Source: an uncultured archaeon
Lineage (GTDB): Archaea; Iainarchaeota; Iainarchaeia; Iainarchaeales; CSSED10-239
Assembly (NCBI GenBank): GCA_964496765.1
Contig: CAZCAP010000008.1
Coordinates: 1 to 32,000, forward strand
DNA length: 32,000 nucleotides
Reading direction: 5' to 3'
Part shown: positions 15,560 through 23,601 of the stretch, piece after piece
Position numbering within the stretch: position 1 is the first letter of the stretch
How the letters are laid out: every line of letters begins with the position of its first letter
Notes under the pieces: model-generated
Told to the model about the DNA's origin: nothing
The model's input: the letters and a program-made list of their open reading frames with translations, nothing else
Databases searched by the model: none
Program-made: the position numbers and the translations under genes

Positions 15560-16825
15560 TTATCCAATGTTTTCCTGCTTGATTAATTCTCTTAGAAGAA
15601 CAGTAGCATAGTTTCCTTTTGATAATGTAAATGAAATTATAAGTTTTTTATATCCTTCTTCTAGATGTCTCTCATCATCACCTATTTCAATTAGCTTTAA
15701 TTGGTGGGCTTCTGTTTTAATATCCCGGTATTCTCCTTTGCTTGAGAGAACTGAATAATCTCGATTATAAAAATCATCAAACATTATTCCTTCTTTTGTG
15801 AGAAGCTCTTTTTCTAGTTCTCCTGCAAGACCTTCTGAAAAGGTTGATTGAAATCCAAACAAAGGTAATTGAACAGAACCATTTACTATCCTATCTCCAT
15901 CAATTGGATTAAGCCCATATCCTCTATCTAATCTCATGTTTATTAGTTCATTGAAAAGATAGGATTGATAGGCATGTATGAAAAGATATTGAACTGCTTT
16001 TGGAAGAACCTGGATTGCTCCTAAATAATCATCAGGGTTCTTTGCTAAATGATTAAGCATTGCTGATTCATAACCAAAGGATGCAGGAAAGGATGATGCA
16101 TGGTGGCCGAAATCAAGATCTTCCTTGAGAGCAGATCTTGCTGCCTTGATATCTTCGGTTTCAAAATCATTTGTTTCTGTTAAATATAAGATGATTCCTT
16201 CTTTGAATTTGCTTTTCATGAAAAGCTTGCCTACTCTGTGAGTTATTTCTCTTGTTCCTCCAAACCTTTGTTCTCCAAAATAATTAATTAATCCATTTTT
16301 TTGGATTTGGGAGATGCATTCTTCTGTGATTGTTCTTATTTCTTCTTCAGCTAAATTTTTAATTTGTCTAATTGTAACAACAAATTTATTTTCCTTTAAA
16401 TCTCCAATATCTATTCTTTTTTTGGACCAGGTTGGATCATAAACCTTAATTGTTTTAAAATAGAATTTTTTTAAACGTTCAAGACTTGGTTCAAAGATGG
16501 ATATTCTTTGACTAGTTAATGCTCTCTTGTCCTTCAACCCAGCATAGCCAATTCTTTTCTTACTTGTGTGAAGAAATCTTGACATTTGAGAAATAGCAAC
16601 AGTTGTTGCAAGATTATTTTTTTCTAAAGTTAGATGAAGATAGTCTTCTTTATCTTGCTTTTCTGAAAAAACCTTATCCCAATCAAGCTCTGGGAGAAGT
16701 TTATCAGGAAGATATTTAACTTCAGTTATATAGTTTTCTCCAATTTCAGAAACAATAAAGTCTTCAGATATTTCTTTTATTCTTCCATTGATTGGAGAAG
16801 TGGTTGTTATGTATTTAAATTCCAT
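15560..16825 (-). CDS. truD: tRNA pseudouridine synthase TruD/Pus7 family (archaeal psi13 synthase)
   Basis: 421 aa. FIVSEI near the N-terminus. IGYAGLKDKRALTSQRISI contains the catalytic-Asp G.KD..A.T.Q motif. NYFGEQRFG follows. Confidence 0.9.
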   Translation of the reverse strand: MEFKYITTTSPINGRIKEISEDFIVSEIGENYITEVKYLPDKLLPELDWDKVFSEKQDKEDYLHLTLEKNNLATTVAISQMSRFLHTSKKRIGYAGLKDKRALTSQRISIFEPSLERLKKFYFKTIKVYDPTWSKKRIDIGDLKENKFVVTIRQIKNLAEEEIRTITEECISQIQKNGLINYFGEQRFGGTREITHRVGKLFMKSKFKEGIILYLTETNDFETEDIKAARSALKEDLDFGHHASSFPASFGYESAMLNHLAKNPDDYLGAIQVLPKAVQYLFIHAYQSYLFNELINMRLDRGYGLNPIDGDRIVNGSVQLPLFGFQSTFSEGLAGELEKELLTKEGIMFDDFYNRDYSVLSSKGEYRDIKTEAHQLKLIEIGDDERHLEEGYKKLIISFTLSKGNYATVLLRELIKQENIG

Positions 16826-16845
16826 GAGTTATCGATTCTTTTAGT

Positions 16846-19590
16846 TTATACTTTATATCTTAGAAAAGCACCTAGTCCACCAAATGTTTCAAAGAATTGC
16901 TTTCCTTCTGGAGATTCAATTGAAATTAGTTCAACCTTAGTGCTTGTTTCTTCTGCAATCTCAACAAAGTAATCAAAGATATCTAGTTCTTCAATTAATT
17001 CTGAATCCTTGCCACAGGAGGAACAAACAATTGTTTCTTTCTTTTCTTCTTTTTCTGGATCTCTAATTATTTTATAATCAATATTGTTACACGAATTGCA
17101 CTTGTACTTGTTTGCCATCCAGGTTATTCCTTCGGAGAGGAGGATGCTATCCACTTGTCCAAGATTTAATGCATTCATTACCTCTCTATAACCATAGGTC
17201 GCAAGTTCATTCTTAGCAACCTTTTCAACAAACTTATTAACAAGTGCTCTTTCCTTCATTACTCCTACTTCTTTTAGAATATCTCCAGATTTATCAAGTA
17301 TTTCTTTTATTCCTGATTCATCTGTGTAGGATGTGTCTATTGTTCCAAGAACCTTATCTCTTAGTCTATGATCAAGATCTCCTGCTTCTAAAAACCAATT
17401 TTTAGAATGCCCTGGTCCACCAACCACGATACCCTTAAGCTTTTCAATACCAACAAAGGTTGCATTTACTTTTTCTCCAACTCTTTTGTAAAAGTCCTCT
17501 TCAGCTTTTTCTCTAAGACGCTCGAAACGATGTGATGAATTATGAACAACAAGCCCATTCGCAATAAAATTTTTATTTTTTACTGTGATGTCAACCATAG
17601 AGGTTGATGTTTGTTTTTGTATATGTATTTTACTTATTTTAACAGGAATTACTGGGTAATCCATTATCTTTTTTAGATCTATATATAATTTTTTATCTTT
17701 GATTTTCTTTAAGATTGAACTTTCAAAGGTTGCTTTACCCATCATTCTTTTGTTATTAAAGAAAGCACTAACTTTTGGGAATAATTGAAGATTATATCCT
17801 TTTGTTTCAATTAATTTTCTAATAAAACTACCAGACATAATTATTTGTCTTGATCGTTCCATATTTGATTTTTTAGTGATTACTTTGTCAAGTATTATTT
17901 GTTTTTTCTTAGATGTAAATCCAATTTTTTTCTTAAATAATTGCAATGATGCTTTTTCAGTAATTGATATTGTAAATCTATGATTATCCGTGTATGGGTT
18001 CATATAATTATCATATTCAACGAGTGATGAAATTATTGAAAATCTTAATAGAACTAATTGTATTTGCTGAGCCAATCTCTTGTTATTTATTCCAAAACCA
18101 ACTCCTCTATCAAGATTAACATATCCTTCCGCATCAAATAATCCTTTTAAGAAGCTTGCAAGAATACTGTTTGGAGAACACAATATTTGTTTTGGAATTA
18201 ATGTATCTCTTGCTTTCTTTAGCTCAGGGAATTCTTCTTTAATTAATCTTACAAGAGGCCTGCTTGTAAATCTTAATTGATGATAATTTTTTGTCTCTCT
18301 GAATCTATAACTTGAATTTACTGAAAAATAAGAATCATATTTCTTTTTATATGCCAAAGCAACATCTTTATTCTGTTCAGAGAAGGAGATTCTATCCTCT
18401 TCAAAGTTTCCATCTCCAGCAAAATACCCCATAAACTGAGCAAACACTATATCTATTTTGGTTGGAAGCTTAATATTTGTATAAATTGTATTTATAGTGT
18501 ATTTTTTTAAAAATGTAGAATAGTTTATTTTTAATTTATTACAAATATTTTTTAAAAATTCTCTATTTATATTTACTTTTCCAATCTCAACACCTGAAAT
18601 TGCAGTTTGGGTAACTCCTAAACTTTTTGCAAGTTCTTTTTGAAATAGCTTTCTTTTTTCTCTTTCTTTTTTTAATAAACTTTTTCCTTCTTTTGTGATT
18701 GTAAATGAATTATAATATTTTTTTGAATCAATTACTTGAATAGTTCCTTTAACATCTATTTTTTCAGGCATTAATAAAGTATCTCCTTCTTTAAGATCTT
18801 CTGCTGTCTTTTCAATAACTTCAGTTCCTGTATGAACGAAGAAGAGATGATCTTTGCTGGATTGGATTTCAAGTCTTGGTTCCTTTGTTATAATTGTATA
18901 AATTTTGTTCTTCTTTACATCCCATTTGTTTGAAACTACAGAATCAAATAGATTATAATTATTAAAATTTATGGATTTAACATCTTGATTCTTGGATAGT
19001 TCTTTAATGTCAATTATGTTTCCATCAGCTAATTGAACAAATGCGTCTTTTAAACATTGACCTCCAGCACGTGATTTACCTGGAACAGCAGATGTTTCAT
19101 TACTTATAATTTGAATTGCTTTCCCTCTAAGAATAGCAAGGGTTGCTTCTCTCTTATCAACAGCAATAAAACCATAAACTTCGTCTGTTTCAGCCATCTC
19201 TTCTAGTGGAGTTGTATGAAAAGAAGAATCACACCAATAAAGCTTGGTTGTTAATCTCTTTGGTGGAATAATTTCAAGAAGAGTAACATCTGATTTGGAT
19301 GGATTAGTTGAAACGTCTCCTGAAAAAAGAACTAATCCATTTTCTGGAAGCTTGAAATCTATTTGTCTTAGATAATTAATTATTCTTTTTAGAGCTGCTT
19401 GAACATTTTTTCTAGTCTGAGAGCTCTTTATGTTTGATGATTGACTTTGCTCATCAGTTAATTGCTTAGTAACTGTGCTTCTATCAGCATCAGGAGGAAG
19501 GTACACACTTATTAATTGGGTTCCTGTTCCTTTAAACTTCTTAATTGCTTTTAATTTCTTTTTTAATAATAATAAATTTGTTTCATCCAT
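16846..19590 (-). CDS. prf1: Peptide chain release factor aRF1, interrupted by an in-frame intein (precursor 914 aa; predicted spliced product 408 aa)
   Basis: The N-extein carries NIKS (SSNIKSSQTR), YxCxxxF (LYWCDSSF) and GGQ (GKSRAGGQ). The C-extein resumes SSHRFERLREKAEEDFYKRV... and continues through the aRF1 domain 3 pattern. The extra 506 aa have intein hallmarks (next feature). Confidence 0.9.
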   Translation of the reverse strand: MDETNLLLLKKKLKAIKKFKGTGTQLISVYLPPDADRSTVTKQLTDEQSQSSNIKSSQTRKNVQAALKRIINYLRQIDFKLPENGLVLFSGDVSTNPSKSDVTLLEIIPPKRLTTKLYWCDSSFHTTPLEEMAETDEVYGFIAVDKREATLAILRGKAIQIISNETSAVPGKSRAGGQCLKDAFVQLADGNIIDIKELSKNQDVKSINFNNYNLFDSVVSNKWDVKKNKIYTIITKEPRLEIQSSKDHLFFVHTGTEVIEKTAEDLKEGDTLLMPEKIDVKGTIQVIDSKKYYNSFTITKEGKSLLKKEREKRKLFQKELAKSLGVTQTAISGVEIGKVNINREFLKNICNKLKINYSTFLKKYTINTIYTNIKLPTKIDIVFAQFMGYFAGDGNFEEDRISFSEQNKDVALAYKKKYDSYFSVNSSYRFRETKNYHQLRFTSRPLVRLIKEEFPELKKARDTLIPKQILCSPNSILASFLKGLFDAEGYVNLDRGVGFGINNKRLAQQIQLVLLRFSIISSLVEYDNYMNPYTDNHRFTISITEKASLQLFKKKIGFTSKKKQIILDKVITKKSNMERSRQIIMSGSFIRKLIETKGYNLQLFPKVSAFFNNKRMMGKATFESSILKKIKDKKLYIDLKKIMDYPVIPVKISKIHIQKQTSTSMVDITVKNKNFIANGLVVHNSSHRFERLREKAEEDFYKRVGEKVNATFVGIEKLKGIVVGGPGHSKNWFLEAGDLDHRLRDKVLGTIDTSYTDESGIKEILDKSGDILKEVGVMKERALVNKFVEKVAKNELATYGYREVMNALNLGQVDSILLSEGITWMANKYKCNSCNNIDYKIIRDPEKEEKKETIVCSSCGKDSELIEELDIFDYFVEIAEETSTKVELISIESPEGKQFFETFGGLGAFLRYKV
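17539..19056 (-). mobile_element. Intein (506 aa, aa 179-684 of the aRF1 ORF) with LAGLIDADG homing-endonuclease domain and an XRE-type HTH
   Basis: Cys1 codon TGT at 19056-19054, directly after GGQ. Block A CLKDAFVQLADG; block B-like SSKDHLFFV. LAGLIDADG motifs FMGYFAGDGNF (about 18403-18441) and FLKGLFDAEGYV (about 18121-18159). Terminal NGLVVHN (His-Asn, 17544-17539), then Ser+1 (17538-17536). HTH KELAKSLGVTQTAISGVEIGK at about 18520-18678. Confidence 0.9.
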
Positions 19591-19640
19591 AAATATACCT
19601 AGTTTATCTATATAATATCTGTTACGATATATAGAAATAG

Positions 19641-20057
19641 CTATCCATTAATAACTTCAGTTATATAAAATACTGACTTAACTTGATCATTTCTATAATC
19701 ATAGGTTATTCTCAGAGAAGGATAGATAATCACATAATAATCAGAGTTGTTTATTTTGTTAACAAATGGATCTCCGATCATGTATGGCTTGTAGCTTGAA
19801 ATAACCACAATTTCGTTATTTAATAGTTTTTGTATAACCTGTTCGTCCGTTGGTGCTTGATCTCCAATTCCAGAGATTCCTAAAAATAAAGAATAAACAA
19901 ATAATATAATTATAAGTATAACTAGGAAAATCTTAATCCTTGAAATAGAAGATAATTTACTTAATCTTTTTGAACTTCTTGGATGATTAATTATTACTTC
20001 AGTTTTTGATTTTTGGTTTTTACTTACAACCTTCTTTTTTGTAATTTTCTTTTTCAA
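19641..20057 (-). CDS. Hypothetical membrane-anchored protein (Lys-rich N-terminus, single TM)
   Basis: 138 aa. TM helix IKIFLVILIIILFVYSLFLGI. TTG start at 20057, preceded by GGAGTGA plus a 6-nt spacer; there is no ATG near the N-terminus. No family recognised. Confidence 0.5.
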   Translation of the reverse strand: MKKKITKKKVVSKNQKSKTEVIINHPRSSKRLSKLSSISRIKIFLVILIIILFVYSLFLGISGIGDQAPTDEQVIQKLLNNEIVVISSYKPYMIGDPFVNKINNSDYYVIIYPSLRITYDYRNDQVKSVFYITEVING

Positions 20058-20063
20058 GTTATT

Positions 20064-20531
20064 TCACTCCAGACAATTATCATAATCTTGACACAATGAT
20101 GCTTCCTGATAGGGGAAGACAATTGTTAGTTTGTTTTTGATTTTGTTAACTGAATACTTTGGAACAAACTTGCCCTCAGATTTATAGAAGATACAAGCAA
20201 GATCAATTGTTTTTATTGTTTTTTTAATTAATTTTATTTTTTTTGCAACTTCTTCTCCTCTGTTTTCTTCAAAAACATCATCAACCAGAAGAACATCTCC
20301 TTTTAGATCAAAGAGACAAGTAATTGCTTTATCAATAACATACTTATTGTTTATTAGTTTTGCAGAAATTACTCCAAGAGGAACATCTAATATGCCTGAT
20401 AGAATTCTTCCAAGCAATAGTCCACCACGAGAGATACAAATAACAGCACAGTATTTCTTATTTGAACTAATTACTTTTTTTCCAAGCTCAAGACTTAGAG
20501 ATTCAAACTCATTCCAAGATGTATAATACAT
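20064..20531 (-). CDS. Type I phosphoribosyltransferase-like protein (Gpt/Hpt-like fold) with a degenerate PRPP-binding loop
   Basis: YTSWNEFESLSLELGKKV....CAVICISRGGLLLGRILSGILDVPLGVI aligns by eye with E. coli Gpt (IVTWDMLQ...[21 protein letters not shown]). The PRPP loop VLLVDDVFEENRGEEV replaces the canonical V.DD..DTGGT. I prefer the ATG at 20531 (GAGGT upstream) over the TTG at 20564. Confidence 0.6.
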   Translation of the reverse strand: MYYTSWNEFESLSLELGKKVISSNKKYCAVICISRGGLLLGRILSGILDVPLGVISAKLINNKYVIDKAITCLFDLKGDVLLVDDVFEENRGEEVAKKIKLIKKTIKTIDLACIFYKSEGKFVPKYSVNKIKNKLTIVFPYQEASLCQDYDNCLE

Positions 20532-20686
20532 ATGCCCTATAACCTCTATATATAATATGGACAAAAGTTATAAAAAGAGTGATATAAACCTCTAATCTTT
20601 AAACTTTAAAAAGTTAGTTTTAAAAATGCAACTTACTTTTATATATCTACAAAGTTATAATTAAAATCTCAAGGAGAAGATGAGTT

Positions 20687-21271
20687 ATGCCAAAACCATT
20701 AAAAATTGCTATAAAGAAATTATTTGGAAAATCATTAACCTTTAGAGAAAAATGTGAAGGACTTGGAATTGAGAGGAATGGATACCTAAAAAAAATCACT
20801 CTCAATAAAAAAGACAAAACTAATAAGCATGATTTTCAATTAACATTATTAGAAAAAAGAAAGTTCATGGTTAGAAGAGGACTTCAGAAAGCAGAAAAAA
20901 AATTAAAATTAGCAACTGAAATAATAAATAAACTAGAAAGTAAAGTTAGGAATCTGGGTTCAGCAATCTCTATTAAAGGAGATATAGATGTATTCGCACT
21001 CCGTCAAGTAGCAAAATACACTCCAACTCATTGGGAATACAGGAAAGTAGCAGTTGATGCAAGAAATTATGCAAAAATTAATTTCATAGAGGTTTACCAA
21101 GAATATATTAAAAAACACAAAAAGAAACTGGATGATATTAGTAAAACTGATGTGCTAAATATATTACGTGAAGCTGGCAAAAAAAGAGAAAAAGTGCTTA
21201 TTTATGGAGACAGAGTAATCGTTAATCTTCTAGGGCAAAAAAGTACAAAAAGAAAAATAGCTGGATTATAG
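20687..21271 (+). CDS. Hypothetical basic protein (194 aa)
   Basis: ATG preceded by AAGGAG 10 nt upstream. Lys-rich and probably helical. No family recognised. The 3' end overlaps herA convergently by 6 nt. Confidence 0.45.
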   Translation: MPKPLKIAIKKLFGKSLTFREKCEGLGIERNGYLKKITLNKKDKTNKHDFQLTLLEKRKFMVRRGLQKAEKKLKLATEIINKLESKVRNLGSAISIKGDIDVFALRQVAKYTPTHWEYRKVAVDARNYAKINFIEVYQEYIKKHKKKLDDISKTDVLNILREAGKKREKVLIYGDRVIVNLLGQKSTKRKIAGL

Positions 21272-22804
21272 GAAAGATTCAATATCTTTCTTTTCTTCTT
21301 CTTTTTTAGTCTCATAGCTCCTTGCTAAACCAGTTAATGTAACATCAAGAATTGAATCCTGGGATCTCTTCTTTCGTACTTTAAAGAAAACAGGATAGTT
21401 GCTTGCTTCTCCAACAACTAGTGCTTCACCAACTCTAAGGGAAGTTATCATTTCTATTGATTTTGAATCAAGACCCTCACTTGATTCTCCAATATGCTTA
21501 AGATCGTAAGGGTTTGTAACTCTTAGAATTATATGTGTATTTGCTTGAGAAAGAACAGTTGTTGAAAGCCTAACTGGTCTTTGAGAAATTAAACATAGAC
21601 AAGCACCAAACTTTCTACCCTCTCTTGCTATTGTTTCAAGTATATTTTTTGCTAATGCTCTATCCTTTTGTGCCATCTCTGGAGCAAACTGATGGGCTTC
21701 CTCAACAATCAGAAGGAAGGGAGGAACTCTCTCCTTATTTACTCTTCCATGGAAGAGCTTGTGAGCAAAATAATAGAGAATTAATTGTTTCTTTTTTTGA
21801 TTAATCTCGTTTGATAAATCTAAAATTGTTAGCTTACCTGGATGAATCACATCATAGACGCTTGGAGAATCAACCTTTCCAAATAAACGAAGTTCAGATA
21901 ACTCATACAATGCATTGATTAGTGGTTTTGAAATTGTATCCTTAATTTCTGATGATTCAATCTCTCTAATTATGTCTTTTAAATCAAAAGGACCAGCACC
22001 GTGTTTTTTGTCTTCATTTAATTTCTTTATTGCAATTGAAAGTTCTCTTTTTTGAGCAGCAGAAAGAATTGTTAAAAGATTGGAAAGGAAATGATCTGAT
22101 AAACCAGTAACACCAATTTTAATATCATTTGATTTTATTTTAATGGTCTTTGTTGAATAGTCTTTCTTTTCTTTATCTTTTGTTGGTTCAGAGAAATTAG
22201 AATATTCTCCATGAGTATCAACAAGCACTACTGCTATTCTTCCTTTGTCTTCTGCTCTATCAAGAAGCTCCTCAAGGATTACACTTGTTAAATAACTTTT
22301 ACCTGCACCTGATTGAGCAAGGATAGCTAAATGCTTTTGAAGAAGGCGATCAAGATCAAAGGTAACCTGAAGAGATGGATTTTCTATTTCTCCTAGATTA
22401 AGTCCATCCTCTTTGAAATGAAGAAACTTTGAAAGAACATCCTTGTCGCAAACCTCAACCTTATCTCCTGGAGAAACAGGAAGAGTTGATCTTGCAAATC
22501 TATTTTCTATTGTTAGGACACCAAGAGGTTTAATAATACCCTCTAGAAATTCCCATTCATTTGCTGGGAATTGTTCAAAAATATTTATGTTATTTAGTTC
22601 AAATTCTTTTATTGATTCATTGTTTTCAAAATATCTATTTCTTTTAAGAACATCAACAACTAATCCAATTAACTTACCTTGAGAATAATTTATTTGAACG
22701 TATTGTCCCTTATGAACTAGTTTATTTATGCAAACAAAACTTATCTTAGAAGTGGATGGAGAATCATCTGTTGATATCACAATTCCAAATTCATTTTCTT
22801 GCAT
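21266..22804 (-). CDS. herA: HerA-family hexameric ATPase/helicase (HAS-barrel + DUF87 FtsK/HerA-type P-loop)
   Basis: 512 aa. The N-terminal HAS-barrel pattern is GIVISTDDSPSTSKISFVC...VHKGQYVQINYSQGKLIGLVVDV. Walker A LAILAQSGAGKSYLTS; Walker B FLLIVEEAHQFAP. The C-terminal YPVFFKVRKKRS is typical of HerA. Confidence 0.85.
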   Translation of the reverse strand: MQENEFGIVISTDDSPSTSKISFVCINKLVHKGQYVQINYSQGKLIGLVVDVLKRNRYFENNESIKEFELNNINIFEQFPANEWEFLEGIIKPLGVLTIENRFARSTLPVSPGDKVEVCDKDVLSKFLHFKEDGLNLGEIENPSLQVTFDLDRLLQKHLAILAQSGAGKSYLTSVILEELLDRAEDKGRIAVVLVDTHGEYSNFSEPTKDKEKKDYSTKTIKIKSNDIKIGVTGLSDHFLSNLLTILSAAQKRELSIAIKKLNEDKKHGAGPFDLKDIIREIESSEIKDTISKPLINALYELSELRLFGKVDSPSVYDVIHPGKLTILDLSNEINQKKKQLILYYFAHKLFHGRVNKERVPPFLLIVEEAHQFAPEMAQKDRALAKNILETIAREGRKFGACLCLISQRPVRLSTTVLSQANTHIILRVTNPYDLKHIGESSEGLDSKSIEMITSLRVGEALVVGEASNYPVFFKVRKKRSQDSILDVTLTGLARSYETKKEEEKKDIESFL

Positions 22805-22821
22805 AATTAATTACCTATTTA

Positions 22822-23583
22822 TTATATATGTGCTAATTGTTTTTTAACCATTTGATTAAACCTAAGCTTTTGTTTTTTTAATTTTTGTTGAACCTTTCGT
22901 TTTTCTGTTTTTGGTAGGATTGCTTTTTCAAAACCAACTGCATTCTGAATATTTAATTTGCTTTTATAATCTATGGTTCTTCTTTTAATTGTGTGAATCT
23001 TTGAATGGATACCAAATGATGCTAGCCTATTTTGTATTGCTGTTGCCCAGGTGGACACACAAAGTTTTCTGTATTCCCCAAAAGCAAGAATGCGAACGTC
23101 CTTGCTTAACTTATTAATAAATGTTTTTGTCATAAACTTTGGAGTACCAATGACATCAGGATTTCCATTGGCGTGTGGGTTATAATTACTATAGACCACC
23201 CTGTTTTTTAAATTTCTATTAGTGAACTCTGTGAATTTTGAAAGAATTTGTTTTTGTAATTTCAGAGTTTTATAAAATTCTTTTTTTAGTTCAGAATATT
23301 TTTCAAAACTCATCTTGTGTTCATATCTATCATAGACCCCAATTTGGGGAGTGAAAATAATTAGAAGTGATGCTTCTTCTTTTGAAATTTTATTTATTTG
23401 ATCTCCATATATTCCAATAATTTTTTTAAATTCATTTGTTGTGGGCTTGTGCTTTGAATTTAGTTTTTCAATAATTGGATTATCAATTAGATTATCTGTG
23501 ACCTGCTTATAAAAACCTTGCATAAGAAAAAGATCATATAATGGGTGAACTAACAAATATATTTTATTATATTTTTCAACCAT
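22822..23583 (-). CDS. Hypothetical protein (253 aa) immediately upstream of herA; basic C-terminal tail
   Basis: Clean ATG ORF, 17 nt upstream of herA and 18 nt downstream of the PAC2 gene. It has no NurA or Mre11 motifs. There is a very weak resemblance to isochorismatase-like hydrolases (KIYLLVHPLYDLF; VRILAFGEYRKLCVSTWATAI). The tail is KTEKRKVQQKLKKQKLRFNQMVKKQ. Confidence 0.5.
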   Translation of the reverse strand: MVEKYNKIYLLVHPLYDLFLMQGFYKQVTDNLIDNPIIEKLNSKHKPTTNEFKKIIGIYGDQINKISKEEASLLIIFTPQIGVYDRYEHKMSFEKYSELKKEFYKTLKLQKQILSKFTEFTNRNLKNRVVYSNYNPHANGNPDVIGTPKFMTKTFINKLSKDVRILAFGEYRKLCVSTWATAIQNRLASFGIHSKIHTIKRRTIDYKSKLNIQNAVGFEKAILPKTEKRKVQQKLKKQKLRFNQMVKKQLAHI

Positions 23584-23601
23584 GTTCTGCTACTCCTAAT
23601 C

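Noticed and set aside
22822-23583. ORF253 considered as a divergent NurA or Mre11
   Set aside because: It has no NurA-type DGS/acidic motifs and no metallophosphoesterase motif series (D.H, GD, GNH[DE], GH). I therefore left it as hypothetical.
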